DNA of 64,000 nucleotides from Spizellomyces punctatus DAOM BR117 (Eukaryota): NCBI GenBank assembly GCA_000182565.2, contig KQ257460.1; one strand, 5' to 3'. Shown piece by piece: positions 56,334 to 64,000 of this stretch (position 1 is its first letter; each line of letters starts with the position of its first letter). The notes under the pieces were generated by a model. It saw only the letters and a program-made list of their open reading frames with translations, ran no database searches and was not told where the DNA came from. The position numbers and the translations under genes were made by a program.

Positions 56334-56852
56334 ACATTTCATCATTCGGGGAGATAATTAGAGTTACGATTTCTAATGTAGATGATCTAGTTGGCCGTGT
56401 GGCGTATATCCACATTCCACAGAATTCAATCAACCTGGTCGGATTATACTGAACGGTTACCCTAACCCAATATCGGGTGCCCTGTTTATGGTCCGTATCG
56501 ATTAAGATGGCGAAACGACAAGTGCTTCTTAGGTTTCACCAAAGACATAGAGCATTTGTAACGGTCGTCCCGTGCGTCAATTGACGTTTGACGAGATATC
56601 GAGGTGAAAACGGACAACTATCGGCGATGGCAGTCTCGCACTGTACTCAAGTACGTTGGCCCCATGGACACACATATGTGTGTGTGAGTGCGCGCAGACG
56701 TCTCTCTAATCGCCAGAACGCTGGTGAGGTGTGTTTACTTTTCGGTTGGGGACGTGCGATCATGGTCCACAACAGGCACAACCGACGCTCACGTAACCGT
56801 CCGCGAGACTAAGCGACAGAATTCCGCACATCCTTGAATCAATGCTCCCCGT

Positions 56853-58192
56853 CTACTCCCAAGGCCGTTTGTGGTCGCTCGCAAACCCTTCAATATCTCC
56901 TTTGCAAATGAAAACGTGACCATCACCTTTCATCCGCTGCGGTATCAGCCACAACATAGGACTGTCGCCTAAAATGACGGCAGTATTTTCCAGGCACCCA
57001 AGATCGTACGGGTCAGCTGCAAAACTTTCATCGTACGCGAAGGATGCGTCGATTTTCTCCAAGTATTCTATAGTTGTAAGATTTCTGTACATGTTCCGCA
57101 ACTAGATGCAGAAGGTTGTGAGAAACTGAAATTCAGAGATGCAGATGACTGGCTAATACCGTACTTGCTGTGAAAGAAGCATCGCTAAGATACTAGTGAG
57201 CGGAACCAACAGGCACATGTTGACCGCGATAAACAAAACCTAAAGACTCATGTTACGCTAATGCCTGAATGAGCCACGCCGCCAAACTACGTACAGGAAC
57301 AAGCCCGAGAGGCTCTGGCTTCGTCCCCTCTTTAAAAGCTTCTCTTACGAGGTCAAGCAGGCGGGCAAAGATCATGACCATGCACATCCCACAAGACAAT
57401 ACCGTAAAGATAAGGAATCTGATAAAATGGCCGTGATTATGGTGACCAATGCAGTTATCTAATGGGAGAGCGATTGGCACCAGAGTCTCGATAGCGGATA
57501 GTGGGTGAAACTACTTACTGAGCCACTGGCCTGTCATAAAATGTCTTTAGTCAATGAGCATGTTTGCAAGGACGAGCGACATCATGACGAACTAACAATG
57601 ATGATCCATGCGTAAAATGCACCGCCCACATCTTTTGCAGTGATGAGTTCGAGGAGGCTTAAAGCCGTTACAGATTCTGCAATATCGGGGTAAGCCTGTG
57701 ATCGTCTCGCCTCCGTTCGTCAGCGAAGTAGCCTCGAGTTCTCCAAATTGCCCGAGTCCTAAGTTGCGGAACCCATTAGTTGTCTGTCGTAATCCGAGGT
57801 CAAGGTCGCTTAAACCTGCCTTCCGGTTCCCACCCAGGGGCTACTCGACCGGGATCTACGGAAAGTTAGGTGATTGCTGTTATTGACGTTATGTCAAATA
57901 TGACCTCACCAGTCGTGACACACAAGTAGTAGTTCAAAATGAGCATTCCCACACAGCCGTTGAATACAAACAGAACAAGACCAGAATTGACTGTGACTGG
58001 GCGTAACCATGGTAGGAAAACGAAGACTTGGCTGGTGAGAGGAATGAAAACGACTACGCAGAAAACAAGTTAAGAAGAGCTCTTATACTCTGCACAATCA
58101 CAAGACATGAACGGAAAACTTACTTAGGAAAAAGGCCGATAGAGCCAACAAGGTGTCCGATCCTTCTATGGCTCCCATGCTTTTTCCCACAT
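56853..58192 (-). CDS. DHHC palmitoyltransferase (Pfa4/ZDHHC6-like)
   Basis: [64 protein letters not shown]. Confidence 0.92.
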
Positions 58193-58786
58193 ATTTCACG
58201 ACCGGGCTAGTAGACAAGGAGACGTAGATCGACGCTCAGCGTTGCCAAAAGCATCTGCTAGTTGGCCTTCTCACGTGGGTAACCGTCGCCGGGACACGTG
58301 ATGATGTTTATAAACTCGAGAATCAAGGCTTCGTAGTGACAGCAAAGAACTGCACGTCCTTACAAGAAGAAGGGTGCGACCGCAACTTTCACCTGCCAAA
58401 GCCTTTTCTGCACCACCACCAAGTATCCTCTCCACCTGACCAGCAACCTGACGACTCTGTAGGAACCTTTGCTGCTCGATCACCACCAGCGTCAATCGGT
58501 CTGGGGGTAGGTCATGCTGCGCGCTGTCCGCTCATCTAAATTGCATTGATTACAAGTACTGTCCAAGAACTTGCCCGCAGACATGAACGCAGATGCACAG
58601 ATGCACTGAAGAAGCAATAGCTGGACTTCTGAGCAATATAACCAAAAGGAGCATTGCATAATCAAAATCACGTGGACTGACTGTCTTGTCCGAGCGCGTC
58701 GCTGTCGCGTTCCACGCCCATCGCCCACCTTCCACGCGCAGTAGGGGACGGCCCCCTTAAAATACACACGAGTTCATAACTCTTTA

Positions 58787-59070
58787 CCTGGGCAAGGTAG
58801 CCCAGGGGTTAAGGCGCCGACGTGCACCTTAACAGAGCGGGTTCGAATCCCGGAGCAGGTCGTCAGAGACTGATTGCTTGCGGCGGTAGGAGCAAGTGAC
58901 GCCCCTTCGTGTGGGTCCCAGTGAAGCTTGTGCTGAGGGAGGGCTTTGATGAGCGACGTACCCGACTGACAGAATCTGCGTGTGGACGGAGCAGCTGCGC
59001 GCCCGAAAGGGCCCCCAATGATACCCGCCGGGTTGAGGGAGGGCGGGGAAGAAAGGGAATTATCCTTTTT
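58787..59070 (+). ncRNA. Putative Pol III (type 2 promoter) structured ncRNA or tRNA-derived element
   Basis: A box TAGCCCAGGGG 58798-58808, B box GGTTCGAATCC 58840-58850, multiple hairpins, TTTTT at 59066-59070; no valid acceptor or anticodon stems. Confidence 0.6.
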
Positions 59071-59412
59071 CGATTAAACATTCCCTATATGTAGTCTAGC
59101 TTTATCTCTATAAATTGCCTTTGCGCTGCACCATTTTATTCCATCCTGGGTGGACATACCGGTCAAAGCACACATGTCTCAGACAAGCTCCCACGTCCCA
59201 GGCATCGTTAGGAATTTCTGACTGTCTCAAAATGTGGATTTGCCCTTTAGTGAACCATTGACAAAGATAGCAGTCTTTCAAGAGGTTGCGATGAAAGACT
59301 TGGGTACTCATCCGCCAACGATCCCGCGGGCCATTCCCAAATGCAACCTACACCCACGTGACGCCTACAATGCCCACGACCTCTCTGCCAGAACTTGTCC
59401 CGTTAAGAAACA

Positions 59413-60286
59413 ATGTCCAACCAAAGATCCCTCTCCCTGTCCGACCGTATTAACCTTCACACCAGAAAAGTTCACAGCCAAAATCACTGGATCAGCAACA
59501 TCAAGCTCCTAATTTGTCTCCTCGATCACCAACTTTACGCACGCCTCGTACGCCAGTTCTATGAGCTCTACAAAACTGTCGAGGATGAAGTGACTCGGCA
59601 TATCGAGGCTGGAGATGAGGCTGGGCTGCTGTTGAAGCAGGTCGCTATGAGGGAGATTTTTAGAGAGGAAGCGTTTCGAGAGGATGCCAGGTACTGGTGC
59701 GGACCTGACTGGAGAGATTGGAAAGAATCAGGTCCGATGAAGAAGTACAAGGTACGGGATTAAACATTTCTGTCGACTTGGCATTGGCAGTGTTAACACT
59801 TGTTCAGGCACACGTCAAGGAGCTGTCTGAAAAAGAACCAGTTGTGTTATTGGCGTATCTCTATACGATGTCAGTCTGCCGCCTTCCCGTCTCGCCGAAC
59901 AGGCATAATACTTACAATGCCTGTTTTGTAGGTACTTGGGCCTTTTTGCCGGTGGCCAACTTGTTCGCCGCAAACTTGCCAAAAAATTAGGCTTCGCTCC
60001 TTCTTCGTGCAGCGGAGGATCGGAGGGCCTCTCTATCTTTACCTTTTCCAACCCGATTTTTGAGCTCAAACGCGCATATCATCAGAGGTTTGATGCTTTG
60101 GAATTGAGTGAAGATGTTACACAGCGGATCTTGGACGAGGCGCAACTTGTATTCGCAAAGAACTTGGTGATTATTGCGGACTTGGAGGGTCTTCCTGGGG
60201 CATTGTGGAGACTTTTTATTGTTCGACTTTGGTGGATCTGGATGGCTCTAATAGCGGTGTGGTTCATGTGGAAAACCCTATCCTGA
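59413..60286 (+). CDS. Heme oxygenase-like protein with C-terminal TM (Hmx1-type)
   Basis: LSDRINLHTRKVH (proximal His), FREEAFREDARYW, LLAYLYTM/YLGLFAGGQ, RILDEAQLVFAKN. Confidence 0.85.
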
Positions 60287-60667
60287 ATCCTAAAAGTATG
60301 CTGAGAAAGGAGATCTCGCTGGACTGCTTGACCACGGCTTGTGCATACGTGCACAGCGAATGGCGAGGGCCATCTCTTCGAATCGCGGCGGTCACAATTC
60401 TCTCACTTCATCAGAATTTGGCTTGCCAAACTTTAGATAGCTTATGAAGTACCAATTTTCGTACAGGTTACCGGTGAAGACGTCTTTGGTGAGCTGTACT
60501 GGGAAGGCCTGTTGACCCGGGTTAATATCTGCCTGTCTCGATGGCAGACATTTGAGTTGCAGCAGAGGATCATAGTACACCTATAGACTGATGCATAGTA
60601 TTGCTCTCGTCGCCGGTGGCCGCAAACTGGCAGTATCATGCTCTTACAAATATCAATGAACCATTTG

Positions 60668-63600
60668 TTACAGTGTACCATTGCAATGCAGATGCACAAT
60701 GCCCCCCGCGGGTAGTCGTGCAAAGACCGTCGGGTCGCTCACCACCTTGCCACAAACAACACATCGGACCCCATCCACAGGGATATATACAGGCGGAAGG
60801 AGTTGTGAAGCCTCAATTAGCTTAGTGTGGACCTAATGGGAAAAACTACCTGTTAGAACGAAAAATTCCTTTCCACCGCGAGACTGAAAGTCGCACACCT
60901 TGAAATGGTCCCCTCTTGACAAAGCTCGTACAATATGCGATTCCCGATGACTGTGCAAACTTCTTCGCATGGAGGAGGTCAAAAACCCGCTCAGCATATC
61001 AAGAGACCAGTGATTAGGTATTATATCCAACACCTTCATAGAAAGGACTGCGTTAGCTAGCCATCCACACTGAAAACATTGGTACGATAAGCATTTACTT
61101 TGATAACATCAAAATCTAGGGAGTGCCTGTTGAGCAGTTGCACCGCATATTTTATCATGCCTCCTCTGTGAGTTGTTCATATCTCAGAAGTCTTGCCAAT
61201 AAACCAAGGCCAAAGTCAAAGGTAGTACCTTTCACCAGATTCTAAATATAATTGTAGTAAGGTAAACAAAAGATGTCGTCGTAAGGAATCGTCCTTTTTG
61301 GTAGTTGTGGCAGCTCCCGCCAGCTGCTGAGGGGCTTGTCGGGAATCGACGCTCGTTGTTGTCTCTGCAGACTTTGTAAGGCAATACTGTTCCGCGGTAG
61401 CATGGTCGTTAAGGTTGAGCACTAGAATACGAAGAGCTTCTTCGTGCTTGTTCGTCTATCCGTGTTCGGGAATGAGCATGAAAAAAGCAGGTGCCGAATT
61501 GAAAATACGGAATACGGACATACCTGTGCGAGAACAGTGGCATTTGCGGCGTGTAGACCGGGGTATGTGTTTAGTTTAGTGGCCACGGCAGATGGCGAAT
61601 AATAGCGGGATGATGTAAGAAAGGTTAATAGCTTGCTGTATGTCCTGCTCAGATTATCGGTACGCCGTTCCAAGAAAGCGTTGAACGACGGACGAGGATC
61701 ATGCGCACGGTATTCGTTTTCTGATGAACCATTAAGATGCTTGGTCATTTTCAGTCATCAATTGGGAAGTTGTCCCTTACGCATCAACCCACCCAGTTCC
61801 TCCAAACTGTCATTCATCGCGCATGCCTCAACTTGCTCTATATATGTCATCGCAAGCGAGGTATGGCGTTGCTCATCTGTATCTCCACGATTCGTGATCA
61901 TGAACTCTAGCACATTACGGTACGCTTCCGCATTGTCGGATCTCAGTTGCTCTAATATCTCTTCGGCTGAAAAGAGCTCGTCTGTGCGGGTGGTGAAAAT
62001 CTTTCCTCAAGGGTGTTACGCACGTCTATGACTGCAGAAAATCAACATAGCCATAGTCACCTGTGCTGCTAATTGCGGATCCAGCTCAAGGACACGCTTC
62101 GAATATTTCAAGATCAGCTCCTTATTAGATGATTTCGTCAAATGGTTGACGAGAAGCGGCAACCCCGGAAAGTCTTCGTCTGTCACTTCATTCGAAGCCA
62201 TTCTGCAAAAAAAAAGGAGCGAGTTAACATCTCGGTCATCTGGCATTACGGTGTTTGCCAAGCAGTTGAGCTTGGTGAGTGTGCAAAACCATATTACCGT
62301 AGCCACAGAGCAAAAGCATCTTCCACCATTCCCTTCTGCTCATACAGTAGACTAAGAGCATAATGTCGCTAATGGGAATCAAGTGAGCTGTTAGCGTATC
62401 TGAAACGCGGACTTGGGGCGAAAAGGGCAGCTTACTTCTTTCTCTCCTAAAACCTTCGCTGCATCTTGCACATCGCAACAATTTTCTGATGATAAAAGTT
62501 GATACAATCTCTTGCGATCTGTCTCTACGTAAAGCTTCAATAAGGCTGTATCGAGGGTCTGATCACCCAGGTTAGTTGGCACAGAGGACCTTCAGCCGAA
62601 GACCGTCATGCTTCGTACCTTCTGCTTATCCCCTTCCCGTGCCGTCTCCCGGACGTGGCGAAGGTACTTGCCCAGCATTTCCTAACGCGGTTATCAATAT
62701 TAGAAGGTCACTCAAACGGACCAATTTGGATCGAATTCTACCACACCTTTGCATTGCCGACTAAGGCGTCTCTGAACGACCCTAACGTTTCGGGATCAGC
62801 ATCCGGATAATCTCTTTGCAGACTTGCACTGACTGAAAAAAAAGCAGTAAGATCCAGGTGAATGTCGCCGTTGGTATTCATAACATAGCGGCATACCAAT
62901 CTCATCAATTGTCCCTTGTTGGCTTACCCATTCTGAAGTTGCATCATCTACTTCAGGAATCGAGCCTGAAGGAGAGCCGGCCACATCCGGAAAAAGCTTG
63001 AGAAGTCGTTCAGATTCTATTTCTCCCTTTGTAAACAACTCAAATGCCTCCTCAAAGAGTGTATCTTTGAAGTAGATTAAACCAGCGCGTTGGTAGAGTG
63101 ATGAGAGTTTCAGTCTCTGTGAACTTTAACAGTCACTACATCGATGACGAACATATGGGGATGTAACTCTTGTACTCAGTACCTGTGCGTCAGTACTTTC
63201 ATGTTGCTGTCCTTGCATCATTGTCTCCGCTAATTGCACGGCAGCTTCCACACTTCGCAATTCAAGCAGGTCATCCACTTGTCGCTCTAGACAATCCATC
63301 CGAAGGGCCAAGACAGTTTCTTTGCAACCGACCAGCAGTCTGATACTCCCATTTGAGGCGGATTTGTCCATAGGTAGCTCCATTTCGAACGTCGCTTCAA
63401 CGAGAAACTTCGGCTCGCTTGAAGCGGGGAGGGTAATAGTCTGTACCCTTTTTTGGTTGAAGATATTGTGAATTTCAATACAGTTGTTATGCAGAAGGGC
63501 GGCAACGTATGGGAAGTGGAATGCTGATCAGAGTATTGTCAGAAGTCAATGAGGGGTACTGGCCCAAGAGGTACCCGGTATAAATGTAATTACCTAGGGA

Positions 63601-64000
63601 TTTCGGAATTGCGGGCCATTCTAGGGTTCCTGTTATAGTCGCGTTTCCATTTGTTAGCGGTAAAGAGAAAGCACATAAGTATGTACCGCGGACGTCCACA
63701 CACCTCGTATTGGTTCTCCATTAGGAGATATGAAAAGTCCCAATCCGAGCCCCTGGGGAGTGGCTGTTGCAAGTAGATACTCGCCATTACTAACAACAAT
63801 TGCAAGCGGTTTTTGGAGGGTACGGTCATAAGGAAAAAGAGGAATGGTTAACCCGTTGTCGATATTGATAAGTTTATATTGGTGCTGGTCGGCCGCACAA
63901 ATTCGGGACTCATATCGCACCATCATAATGGCACCGTCCGGAAGCGAGATTTCCTTTATATTCCATTTCAGCATCTATCCCGGCGTCATCAACTTCCTCA
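60668..64000 (-). CDS. Vps39/TGFBRAP1 (Vps3/Vam6)-like CNH-domain tethering subunit; 5' end lies outside the window
   Basis: CNH-like GLGLFISPNGEPIRG/TLEWP, LDTALLKLY, AEQYC, VLDIIPNHWSL, terminal VCGK...HLHC zinc knuckle. Confidence 0.85.

Noticed and set aside
58791-58860. Functional tRNA (Leu/Ser-like 5' end, TTCGAAT loop)
   Set aside because: The acceptor and anticodon stems do not pair; only the A/B boxes and T-arm are retained.
58780-58860. U1 snRNA (TTACCTGG start, TGCAC in second stem-loop)
   Set aside because: There is no U1-70K loop (GATCACGAAG) and no Sm site, and it has internal Pol III boxes; the resemblance is superficial.
59930-59960. Heme oxygenase lacking the GDLSGG Asp (YLGLFAGG) as a novel pseudo-enzyme
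   Set aside because: The LFAGG variant is the usual form in fungal Hmx1-type enzymes.

Overview
Compact, intron-rich fungal nuclear DNA with about 29 genes, mostly 50-70 nt GT-AG introns and several divergent gene pairs. A CFAP77-like axonemal gene alongside fungal-type SEY1, MGA2/SPT23 and IGO1 suggests a flagellated zoosporic fungus such as a chytrid (inference). Most genes are housekeeping or conserved: a DMM-1-like JmjC protein, ACBP, DTD1, RPL18, cPLA2, INSIG, PHB2, DBP4, LPD1, CMC4, a HECT E3, GOS1, a GT4, SEY1, CK2alpha, MGA2, uS17m, IGO1, a TLC protein, CFAP77, F-box/LRR, FPGS, shugoshin, a DHHC enzyme, heme oxygenase and a VPS39/TGFBRAP1-like protein. The unexplained elements are: (1) a secreted polyprotein at 20490-22169 in which acidic spacers ending in VETAG/EVAG alternate with three Gly/Tyr/Lys-rich and two Asn/Lys-rich cationic modules; (2) a ~280 nt Pol III-type unit with A/B boxes, a non-tRNA fold and a T5 terminator at 58787-59070; (3) a ~350 nt base-paired intergenic element containing a telomere-template-like ACCCTAACCC at 56453-56800; (4) double-hairpin structures in the long first introns of RPL18 and IGO1. 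Exon boundaries and RNA pairings were read by eye, and family calls rest on recalled motifs, not database searches.
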